64,000 nucleotides of DNA from a virus. Under the pieces are notes generated by a model. That model was not told where the DNA came from. It searched no databases and worked only from the letters and a program-made list of their open reading frames with translations. How positions within the stretch are numbered: the first letter of the stretch is position 1; each line of letters opens with the position of its first letter. Shown here in pieces: positions 56,269 through 64,000 of the stretch. The stretch is from IMG/VR virus record IMGVR_UViG_3300022872_000001, positions 1 through 64,000 of that record; one strand, written 5' to 3'. A program made the translations under genes and the position numbers.

Positions 56269-57288
56269 ATGGATGCCGTCGAACGGTCAAAACGCTTAGC
56301 GTTCGTTAAAGAACAATTAGCAATGTACGGTGGAAAGAAGGTAGTTCATGCCGACTACCATTTTATCAGTTGTCCTTTCCATAATGAGAAGACACCCTCT
56401 GCCCGTATATTTCATTACCCTGATTCAAATAGCCCAGGTTCCATGAAATGTTATGGATGCGGTGCCAGCAAACCTTGGGATGAACTTGCTCCTGTAATTG
56501 GCCTCCTACCTTATAAACGAGGTAAGCCAAAGGATGAGTATGCAATGATGTCCCTATCTTCCGTGGAACGCTTGGTCGAATATGACGAGAGTTCCTTGAA
56601 GAAGGAGCGCATGAGATTTAAGAAACTGAAGGCAGGTCAGGTGTGGCGACATATTAAGACCGACCTTCTAATGCGATTCGAAGCAAAGCAGTGCAAGGTA
56701 TGGAGCGAGGAGTACCAGGCTTGGGGTGCAACGATGATGTACCTTCCGTGCCATATAAATGGTGAGCTTGTAGGTTACATCAAAGCCCGTTTGGAGAAAC
56801 ACGACACCAAACCTTCCTACATAAATGCCAGTGGTAAATGGTCTAAGACGCATGGTCTATTCCCTTTTGATTATGCGGTCAAGGTGATGAAACGCAAGAA
56901 GTCATCTACAATGATACTGGTAGAAGGTCCACGCGATGCTCTCAGGTTATTGCAAATGGGAATTCCTGCAATGTGTATCTTGGGTACACAATCATTCAGC
57001 CAGAATAAAGCAAAGCTGTTAGAGTTAGCAGGCATTACTCGTGTCGTTTTATTCTTTGATGGTGATGAAGCCGGCATCAAGGCAACCGAGAAGGTAAAAC
57101 CTATTGTTGAATCGATGCTAGCTGTCCGTGTTCTTAAGCTATGGTCAATGAAAGGTTCACCCTGGAAGAAAGTAAAGGACGCACCGAAACCAAAAGACGC
57201 TGCCAAGAAATTAGGCTTATCTTTATGGGATCCAGGTAACGTAGATAAGGCAATACTAAAGAAAATCAAGGAGAAATATTATGGCTAA
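56269..57288 (+). CDS. dnaG: DnaG-type DNA primase
   Basis: CPFHNEKTPS...C.GC zinc finger; LVEG..DAL and FDGDEAG TOPRIM. Confidence 0.9.
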   Translation: MDAVERSKRLAFVKEQLAMYGGKKVVHADYHFISCPFHNEKTPSARIFHYPDSNSPGSMKCYGCGASKPWDELAPVIGLLPYKRGKPKDEYAMMSLSSVERLVEYDESSLKKERMRFKKLKAGQVWRHIKTDLLMRFEAKQCKVWSEEYQAWGATMMYLPCHINGELVGYIKARLEKHDTKPSYINASGKWSKTHGLFPFDYAVKVMKRKKSSTMILVEGPRDALRLLQMGIPAMCILGTQSFSQNKAKLLELAGITRVVLFFDGDEAGIKATEKVKPIVESMLAVRVLKLWSMKGSPWKKVKDAPKPKDAAKKLGLSLWDPGNVDKAILKKIKEKYYG

Positions 57289-57655
57289 ACTGAACTGGTT
57301 ACGTTGGGTACCCGGGCGATTGAATAATGGGTATCGAAAGCTATGTATCATTAGTAGCAGGTATTTGAAGTTTGATATGTACCTTCTGCATTTTCCTGAA
57401 GGTGCAAGTGCACCACATCATCGTGACCCTGCATCTAGGGGATACGAACATCACCGCATTGACATCATCCTGAAAGATTCGGATGTTGGCGGCCGCTTCT
57501 ACATCGGCAAGTCCGCAGTGCGTGGACGTTTCTGCTACTTTCGTCCTGACCATCAAAGCCACAGTATCACTCCTGTACTTGCAGGATCTTTGTGGATGTT
57601 GAGCATTGGTTGGTTGCGGAAGGAAAAGAACGGAGGTGACTTCTATGTGTGCTAA
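57281..57655 (+). CDS. 2OG-Fe(II) oxygenase/cupin-like protein
   Basis: PEG...PHHRD (HxD) ... GG.F ... FRPD...HS.TPV..G....LS.G. Confidence 0.7.
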   Translation: MAKLNWLRWVPGRLNNGYRKLCIISSRYLKFDMYLLHFPEGASAPHHRDPASRGYEHHRIDIILKDSDVGGRFYIGKSAVRGRFCYFRPDHQSHSITPVLAGSLWMLSIGWLRKEKNGGDFYVC

Positions 57656-57887
57656 TTGTGAAGGGCACGATACCTCTCACCTGGAGTTAGCTGTTCGAGT
57701 CATCGGTAATTCCGGGAGTGCCTTGGTTACACGGTTAGGTATTCAGGATAGGGACACCCGTAGCTTGATGGAAGCTTACGTGGTATTAAACAATGAATTG
57801 CGGTCTCTGGGAATTCTTATGAATAACAGTGAATTAGAGACTGCCATAGGTGATGAGGACTTGGAAGATGAGCTGGAAGATGATTGA
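57645..57887 (+). CDS. small hypothetical protein
   Basis: MCANC start with GGAGG RBS; acidic tail. Confidence 0.6.
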   Translation: MCANCEGHDTSHLELAVRVIGNSGSALVTRLGIQDRDTRSLMEAYVVLNNELRSLGILMNNSELETAIGDEDLEDELEDD

Positions 57888-58122
57888 TCCCTCGGAATTA
57901 ATGACAGCCAAAGAATTAGCTTTATTGATTCTTTCCTTGCCAGAAGAACAACAGAATCTTCCATTTACATGGAATGATGACCACCGGCATCCAGTAACAT
58001 TCAAACAAGATATAGACCCTGTTCTAAAGGTTATAAACGTAGAGAACGATACTGCTCACTACTACTCAGCTAACCCATACAGGGAGCCCTCATTCAAGGT
58101 ATTGAGCCTTGGAGAATGTTAA
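57880..58122 (+). CDS. small hypothetical protein
   Basis: MIDPSELMT..; overlaps the upstream stop. Confidence 0.55.
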   Translation: MIDPSELMTAKELALLILSLPEEQQNLPFTWNDDHRHPVTFKQDIDPVLKVINVENDTAHYYSANPYREPSFKVLSLGEC

Positions 58123-58160
58123 TCCTATAACGAGTTTTATCCCACACAAGAGGAATTAAA

Positions 58161-58556
58161 ATGAAATGGTATTACAAATTATTGGCTGTACTTGTTCTCA
58201 TCGGTATAATTGCAGCAGGTCTGTTTGCTCTGTACAGTTCAGGCGTCAATGCAGGCAAGTTGATTGGTGATAAGGAAGGATACACGCGTGCTTGGAATGC
58301 CCAGCAAACGGTTATCGACAAGTTGGTCAAGGATACGAATGACGAACGTACCGCGAAAAATGCAAAGATATCTAAGCTGGAGCAAGATGCTTCCATTCGG
58401 GATGCGAAGATTAATACGTTGACTCTTCAAAATCAAACGCATTCAGCTAGCGTCATTGCTGAATACGTCAAGGCTAATGCAACTACCTCAACAACATGCG
58501 GTATGGATAAGGCATCTATGGATGCTTTGATCGAAATTATGGGAGTTCAAAAATGA
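58161..58556 (+). CDS. i-spanin (Rz-like)
   Basis: N-terminal TM plus coiled coil, C-terminal Cys; ATGA overlap with a lipoprotein gene. Confidence 0.7.
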   Translation: MKWYYKLLAVLVLIGIIAAGLFALYSSGVNAGKLIGDKEGYTRAWNAQQTVIDKLVKDTNDERTAKNAKISKLEQDASIRDAKINTLTLQNQTHSASVIAEYVKANATTSTTCGMDKASMDALIEIMGVQK

Positions 58557-58867
58557 AAAACGCAATCATCATCCTAGCTTTGCTGCTTTCCGCGTGTGGT
58601 AGCCAATCTCAAGATGTTAAACCAAATGATCCTGTTCTCGTGCAGTCGAAGCAGACGGTAGTAATTCCTCAGGAACAGCTACAAGATTGTGCCCCTCTTC
58701 CTCCGCCAGAATCTCGTGACTATTCCAAGAAGGAAATGTTGGATCTTATGTCGCAATGGTGGAACATTCATGTCACCTGTTCGCTGAATAACTCCTCTTT
58801 GATCAAAACAGTCAAAGACGCCTTCAACATCACAGATCCTGCTCCTGTTTCCGTCCCTAGTAAATAA
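58553..58867 (+). CDS. o-spanin (Rz1-like lipoprotein)
   Basis: LLLSAC lipobox; P..LQDC..LPPP ... C...N. Confidence 0.75.
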   Translation: MKNAIIILALLLSACGSQSQDVKPNDPVLVQSKQTVVIPQEQLQDCAPLPPPESRDYSKKEMLDLMSQWWNIHVTCSLNNSSLIKTVKDAFNITDPAPVSVPSK

Positions 58868-58916
58868 TAGCAGTAACAAACAATTAACGCATTGACACAC
58901 CCTATAAGGAAATAAA

Positions 58917-59849
58917 ATGGATAGTATCGCTGATTTGGAATTGCTCACCGAAGGTTCTGTTTGGACCCGTACAAACGGTCAACACAATATCGTTCTTTGC
59001 GTCACCAACGAAAACCTTCCTCCGAAGGCTGTGAAAAGCAATCCTCGCCAAGTTGTCTACATCAATGAGAAAGGAGATATCTTCAATCAAACAGTAGGTA
59101 ACTTCCTTTCGACTCGCACCTTCTTCAATGTGCATCCGGTACTGGAATCGCGTCTGCTGGCTTTGCTCAAAAATCTGGATGAAGGTGAAGAAACTGAGAA
59201 TGAGGAAACCACTCTTCTCGTCGATGACAGCGAGGAAGAAAACGAGACAGTAATTGATCCGATCGAATCGATTGCATCTGAAACGCCAAAGAATCCGATT
59301 AAGTTCTTCCCGATGAACTCCGTGGAATTGCCAACTCTGATTCAACCACAGCGTCTCCAGGAACTGCTGGCATCCTACGAGGTTGTTCCTAATCTGGAAC
59401 GTAATTGGCTTGTACACACCCTGGCATTCCGCATTGAACCAGATGTTTCGGCAAATGACATCTTCAAAACATTCCATGCAAGTAACGTGGAGCACAATGT
59501 TCTGTTCGGTTTCGATGTCACCTCACCAGCCGTAGTAAATGGGCGTGACCACGTTGCTTGGGTTTATAGCCTCGGTACGTATCCCTACATTGTTGATGGT
59601 GACCAGTACACCCGCGTTATGTTGGCTACTAACTCGCCGGTCCCTACTGAAATCCCAGAAGAAACAGCAACGACAAGTTTTGCAGACTTCATCCCCGGGG
59701 AAAACACTGACACTCCTTTGGAATCGTCTTCCGACTTCGAGGACGCAAGTGGAGCGCCAGTAACTCTGCACGACGCGAACGGTTTTGCAACTGCGGATGC
59801 GGTCGCTGCGGTTCTCGAAAAAGAAGCACAAGAAACGCAGGCAGGCTAA
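58917..59849 (+). CDS. hypothetical acidic protein
   Basis: 310 aa, AAGGA RBS; CTAGTAAATA at 58857. Confidence 0.7.
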   Translation: MDSIADLELLTEGSVWTRTNGQHNIVLCVTNENLPPKAVKSNPRQVVYINEKGDIFNQTVGNFLSTRTFFNVHPVLESRLLALLKNLDEGEETENEETTLLVDDSEEENETVIDPIESIASETPKNPIKFFPMNSVELPTLIQPQRLQELLASYEVVPNLERNWLVHTLAFRIEPDVSANDIFKTFHASNVEHNVLFGFDVTSPAVVNGRDHVAWVYSLGTYPYIVDGDQYTRVMLATNSPVPTEIPEETATTSFADFIPGENTDTPLESSSDFEDASGAPVTLHDANGFATADAVAAVLEKEAQETQAG

Positions 59850-59876
59850 TCGCAGGCTATCGTAGTACGTAATACT

Positions 59877-59916
59877 AAGCCCGACCCTTAGGTATCAAAG
59901 CCTGACGGTCGGGCTT
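59877..59916 (+). terminator. putative terminator
   Basis: AAGCCCGACC/GGTCGGGCTT stem + T-rich tail. Confidence 0.6.
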
Positions 59917-59943
59917 TCCTTAATTCAACTACAAAAATCCATC

Positions 59944-60972
59944 ATGCGAATTAATAAAGGTGATTACTTAATCGTTTCCAATACTTCTCAAAAGGGAAGC
60001 AAGAAGCATATGATTAAGGTGAAAGCTGTAGACAGCAAAGAGGTGCAAGGTGTTATGGAGCATATGCGCCATATTCCTAAATTGCGTCAATTCATTACCT
60101 GCAAAACTTCCGATGTACTCCTTAGCCTCGGTACTGATCCTGCTATCGGTAAAGTATATGGTGTAGAGGTAGGTGAACGTTACCAAGGTGCTAAGACACA
60201 TAAGCATTTTGGTGATATGCATCTTTTCTATCCTGCCGAGAAACAGGTGATCACGGATCTATTTGAAGCTTGTGATAAGGTTCATAAGATTCTATCCCGG
60301 CTAGGTCTTGAATTCCTGCTAGATGCCATCATTTGGGAAATTGTTCCCCACACGGGAGGTAAATGGGCAGGCAAGTATATCTATAAACGTAAAGGTGAGG
60401 AAGTTACTTGCCGAATTCGTCTGCAACTTGAACATTCTCCTGCTTCGGAATACGTGTACCTTCTGCTGCACGAAATTGCACACCATATGCATTTCATGTT
60501 CGCCACAGGTAAGAAGTTGAATGCTAAGTGGGTGCAACTATTCAATACGTCCATCAAGCCACAGACAATCAAAAAGGAAGTCAGCCAATCCCTTTTGGAG
60601 AATCTAATTGCAGGTGAGGACCTTCCTAGTGACTACCGCCGATTGATTCCTGAGGAGGATACGCTGAGCTATAAATGGATTCTTAGAACCATTAGTCAGG
60701 TACACGGCATTACAGTTCAAGAATTGGACATTCTTTTTGAAGCTGGCTATAAGGATGATATACGAGCTTTGTGGCCTACACGTACTATCTCTCATAAGGA
60801 GCTGGAGCCTGTAATTAGCGAATATAGTTGCGTCAACTGGCGTGAGACATTTGCGGAGGCGTTCTCCTTGCACTATGGTCGTAAGAAGAATGATGCAGCT
60901 TTACCAGACCCTGTAATCAAGCTACTGGAGCGTTCGATATCCTACGCCAAAACACAGCAGGAGAAATCATGA
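59944..60972 (+). CDS. zincin-like metallopeptidase-domain protein
   Basis: LLHEIAHH and Y...N.RETFAEAF. Confidence 0.7.
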   Translation: MRINKGDYLIVSNTSQKGSKKHMIKVKAVDSKEVQGVMEHMRHIPKLRQFITCKTSDVLLSLGTDPAIGKVYGVEVGERYQGAKTHKHFGDMHLFYPAEKQVITDLFEACDKVHKILSRLGLEFLLDAIIWEIVPHTGGKWAGKYIYKRKGEEVTCRIRLQLEHSPASEYVYLLLHEIAHHMHFMFATGKKLNAKWVQLFNTSIKPQTIKKEVSQSLLENLIAGEDLPSDYRRLIPEEDTLSYKWILRTISQVHGITVQELDILFEAGYKDDIRALWPTRTISHKELEPVISEYSCVNWRETFAEAFSLHYGRKKNDAALPDPVIKLLERSISYAKTQQEKS

Positions 60973-61145
60973 AACTGCCTAAAATCTCGGAAGAGGAATT
61001 CATCAAGGCGTATTGTGAAGCTTCCGATATCTCCTGGGAAGAATTACAAAAGACACAGTTTGTTATTGAGTGTGAGTGTGACTACGCGGGGTGCCGTGGT
61101 TGGGTCATGGTATCCAAACAATTAGATTTTCTACCTGCACCGTGA
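60969..61145 (+). CDS. small Cys-containing phage protein (58 aa)
   Basis: Hand-translated MKLPKISEEEFIKAYCEAS...CECDYAGCRGW; ATGA overlap. Confidence 0.6.
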   Translation: MKLPKISEEEFIKAYCEASDISWEELQKTQFVIECECDYAGCRGWVMVSKQLDFLPAP

Positions 61146-61202
61146 ACTGAATCTAACTGATTCGCCAGTAAATACATAGTACCAATAACTGAAAGGAATT
61201 AT

Positions 61203-61694
61203 ATGTACCGCTCAACTAAAACATACGATCACAGTATCGGCATTAGCGCAGCATTTCGGCAATGGAGAGCTACGCATTCCCATTGTTCTTTCCTGCACGG
61301 GTATGCTCTTAAGTTTCATTTTGAATTTGAAAGTACAACCTTAGACTCGCGCAATTGGGTAATTGATTTTGGTGGTTTGGACTTCGTCAAGCAACTGCTC
61401 CAGGAAAACTTCGATCATAAGACAGTAGTAGCTTCAGACGATCCGCAGCTTGAATGGTTTAAGGAAGCAGAGAAACGAGGCATTCTCCAGCTTACTATTA
61501 TTCCTAACGTAGGCTGCGAGAAATTTGCGGAAGAAATTTACAACATGGTGACTACCGCACTAGCACAAAAGTTTCCCGAGCGTGCTAAGACAGTTAAGCT
61601 GACTTTGGTAACCGTTGCCGAGCATACAGCTAATAGTGCTTCCTACCTTCCTGACCATCCTCGTGAAATTGTTTATATTAACCAACCAGATTAA
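61203..61694 (+). CDS. queD: 6-carboxy-5,6,7,8-tetrahydropterin synthase
   Basis: CSFLHGY, WVIDFG.L, FDHK, GCEKFAE, V.EH; CAGTAAATA at 61166. Confidence 0.9.
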   Translation: MYRSTKTYDHSIGISAAFRQWRATHSHCSFLHGYALKFHFEFESTTLDSRNWVIDFGGLDFVKQLLQENFDHKTVVASDDPQLEWFKEAEKRGILQLTIIPNVGCEKFAEEIYNMVTTALAQKFPERAKTVKLTLVTVAEHTANSASYLPDHPREIVYINQPD

Positions 61695-61703
61695 GGATTT
61701 AAA

Positions 61704-62090
61704 ATGCCAATTACAAAACGTTGGATCGAAGTTAAGTTTGTCAAAGAAGGAATTCATTGTTACCCACAGGCAGCTACCGATCCTAAACTTGCCACTGGAG
61801 GGTGGGACGATGTCTCATTCTTAGGTTCCCCTCACTTCCATTATTTCCATTTTGTCGTCAAGGTAGCTGTAACATTCAACGACCGTGACATTGAATTCAT
61901 CCAATTCAAACGCTGGTGCGAACGCCTGTATTCGGAGGGTACTCTCGAATTGAATAGCCAATCGTGTGAGATGATGGCAGAAGCCTTGATTGGTCAGATT
62001 GCTTCTCAATATCCTTTGCGGCATATTCAGGTATCTGTGTACGAGGACAACATCAACGGCGCTACTTTGGAATATACGGCAGAGGCTTGA
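61704..62090 (+). CDS. QueD-like T-fold protein
   Basis: EG.H.YP, HxH.FHF.V, RDIEFI.FK, SCEMMA, V.EDN..GA. Confidence 0.75.
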   Translation: MPITKRWIEVKFVKEGIHCYPQAATDPKLATGGWDDVSFLGSPHFHYFHFVVKVAVTFNDRDIEFIQFKRWCERLYSEGTLELNSQSCEMMAEALIGQIASQYPLRHIQVSVYEDNINGATLEYTAEA

Positions 62091-62091
62091 C

Positions 62092-62901
62092 ATGTCTAAA
62101 CTAAACTTTGCGGACTTCACATTCCTCACCACTACATATGAAGGACGTGTTCCTCTTCTCATAAGTACCTTAACCTGCGTAATGAATTCGGTTGTTAATG
62201 GTGAATTCCAGGTTCAGTGGTACGATGATCAAACCTCTACTAACCTTGTAGCCTATAGCTATGCGAAAGACATGCTGTTGCGTATCGCGCGTGCCACAGG
62301 CAATATGGTATGCATCGTTCCTATCAACGAAGCTTTGTCCGTTGCTCACTCCAAGAAAATTAGTCTTAAACGGAATTATTTCGTTAATTTGGATGATGAT
62401 CTGATTATCTCTCCGAGGTCCCTGGAACGTTTATTGGAATCCACACAGAAAGGCATTGCTGACGTTATTACGATCGGCGTTATGGATGCCGATAATTCCC
62501 GAGGCTTTAAGGATTTTGATGAGGTTCGCTATACCTCAATGGAACATTTCCTACAGCATCATCCTCCAGGTAAAGCAAAGCATCATTATTTTGCTAACGA
62601 ATTTACGTTCCATAATCAAAAATGGATCTCTCAGTTATATTGCATGACCCAAGAGGTTTACCAAGACATGATAATTTGGCGTCCGGTATTGGATAAATTC
62701 ACGCAACGCGGCATCCGTGGCTACGACATTGTCCTTGAAAACCAGCTAGCTGCTAGCAAGTATTCCATCGCTTTGCATTCAGGTAACGAGGCGATCCATA
62801 TTGGTCTAGAAGAGCCTTACATTGGTGGTCAATGGACAGGGACAGATTCGATTGCTACAACGGTGGTATCCACCAAGGATGGTTTCAATGTCAGTCAGTA
62901 A
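62092..62901 (+). CDS. GT-A fold glycosyltransferase-like protein
   Basis: FVNLDDDLII (DxD); start refined to MSKLNF. Confidence 0.55.
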   Translation: MSKLNFADFTFLTTTYEGRVPLLISTLTCVMNSVVNGEFQVQWYDDQTSTNLVAYSYAKDMLLRIARATGNMVCIVPINEALSVAHSKKISLKRNYFVNLDDDLIISPRSLERLLESTQKGIADVITIGVMDADNSRGFKDFDEVRYTSMEHFLQHHPPGKAKHHYFANEFTFHNQKWISQLYCMTQEVYQDMIIWRPVLDKFTQRGIRGYDIVLENQLAASKYSIALHSGNEAIHIGLEEPYIGGQWTGTDSIATTVVSTKDGFNVSQ

Positions 62902-64000
62902 TCAAATAGAATATCCAACTCGGCATTTCTGGTTGAATGAAATGCAGAAAATGGTCAAACCCGTTCTGACCCGACTCTCAGAAATGCCATTGGTAAATTC
63001 AGGATCCTTGAATAGGGATTCCTGCACTCACCTAGAGGCTTTAGGCAGAGTGCTATGCGGTATAGCCCCTTGGTTGGAGGCCTACCTGGAAGATAGTGAT
63101 GAAAGAGATATTCGAAATGAATATCTCCATCTATCCTATTTAGCTATTATCGAATATTTTGCAATTGATAAAAAACCCGAGAAGCAAAATATCATCGATT
63201 TTGGATACCTGTGCCAAGCCTTTATTCGATGTCCTTCCTTATGGCGTAGTCTTCCAGATTCCACACAATTCCTTATTCGTGATTTTAATGCCAAGTTGGA
63301 TACCTTATTGCCTATAGCAAATAATTGGGTGGTCATGGATGCGATGCCCTCTGCTTTCTTCCTGAGCCTAGGTGAATCCATTAATCCAGCCAAGATTGAT
63401 TTAGCCTTACGTTTAACAGATACTTGGTATAAAGGGGATGGCATATACGGGGACGGCATTAACCTACAAAATGATTACTATAATTCATTGGTAATGCATC
63501 CCGGTTTGGATGATATTGCAGAGGTTATTTTTTATTCTTTTTATAAAGAGGAGTGGCACAAATTTCCGAGGTATATTCGTGCCCGGGCTTACCGATATTC
63601 GGAAATCCAGGAGCGTATGATATCTCCTGAAGGTACGTACCCTGTTCAAGGTCGGTCAATTACTTATCGGTTTGGTGTGTTTCACGCCTTGTCCCATGCT
63701 TTATGGAAAGGCTATTATCCCGGCAATCGTGCAGCCGCCAATCACGCTCTGGCAACCGTAGTGTCTCGCTTTATTCCTACAATGTATGATTCAAACGGTT
63801 GGTTAAAAATAGGATTCATTGGTGACGAGAATAAAGCAATCGCTGAACCGTATATCTCCACAGGTAGCTTGTATGCCGCTGCTCTAATCTTTCCTATACT
63901 GGGTACCTCTACCAGAGATCCTGTGTGGATATCTCCTACAAATACGGAGTGGACGTCACAATTAGCCTTCGGTGGTTCTTCCTTTCATAAGTACGTCGCC
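62888..64000 (+). CDS. DUF2264-family (alpha/alpha barrel glycoside hydrolase-like) protein, 3'-partial
   Basis: Not in ORF track. Hand translation: HLEALGRVLCGIAPWL, NNW, WYKGDGIYGDG..DYYNS, ERMISPEGTYP..GRSI.YR, GWL.IG, E.YISTGSLY. Confidence 0.85.
   Translation, partial: MSVSNQIEYPTRHFWLNEMQKMVKPVLTRLSEMPLVNSGSLNRDSCTHLEALGRVLCGIAPWLEAYLEDSDERDIRNEYLHLSYLAIIEYFAIDKKPEKQNIIDFGYLCQAFIRCPSLWRSLPDSTQFLIRDFNAKLDTLLPIANNWVVMDAMPSAFFLSLGESINPAKIDLALRLTDTWYKGDGIYGDGINLQNDYYNSLVMHPGLDDIAEVIFYSFYKEEWHKFPRYIRARAYRYSEIQERMISPEGTYPVQGRSITYRFGVFHALSHALWKGYYPGNRAAANHALATVVSRFIPTMYDSNGWLKIGFIGDENKAIAEPYISTGSLYAAALIFPILGTSTRDPVWISPTNTEWTSQLAFGGSSFHKYVA

Noticed and set aside
63136-63459. Minus-strand 107-aa ORF
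   Set aside because: Antisense to the DUF2264-family gene, which has strong motif support

Overview
This 64-kb window looks like part of a large (jumbo-type) lytic dsDNA phage of a Gram-negative host. The assignment rests on dense, mostly hypothetical gene content, phage-type replication genes, two-component spanins and a tRNA cluster. Genes run on the minus strand from 1 to ~43.2 kb and on the plus strand from ~43.8 kb. They diverge from a 620-bp non-coding, repeat- and hairpin-rich region next to a helicase-like gene, a candidate replication origin. Recognisable products: type IB topoisomerase, two-subunit type IIA topoisomerase, NAD-dependent ligase, SbcD/Mre11-like nuclease, RecD-like helicase, a family A DNA polymerase split into two ORFs, DnaG-type primase, LemA plus a TPM-domain protein, MazG-like, CYTH, J-domain, HNH, 2H-phosphoesterase-like and histone H1-like proteins. 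The right end holds a QueD/QueD-like/glycosyltransferase/DUF2264 cluster. Most notable observations: (1) a ~550-nt heavily base-paired candidate ncRNA with its own promoter motif and terminator (47.6-48.15 kb); (2) a tRNA-like gene with a ~55-nt anticodon-arm insertion; (3) a strand-consistent YAGTAAATA promoter-like motif in about 19 copies; (4) the split polymerase with helical extensions at the break; (5) an IF2 N-terminal-like domain in a phage protein; (6) a silent frameshifted copy of a repeat-containing gene sharing 120 identical bp; (7) a truncated NAMPT relic. All homology calls come from motifs recognised by eye; no database searches or folding programs were run.
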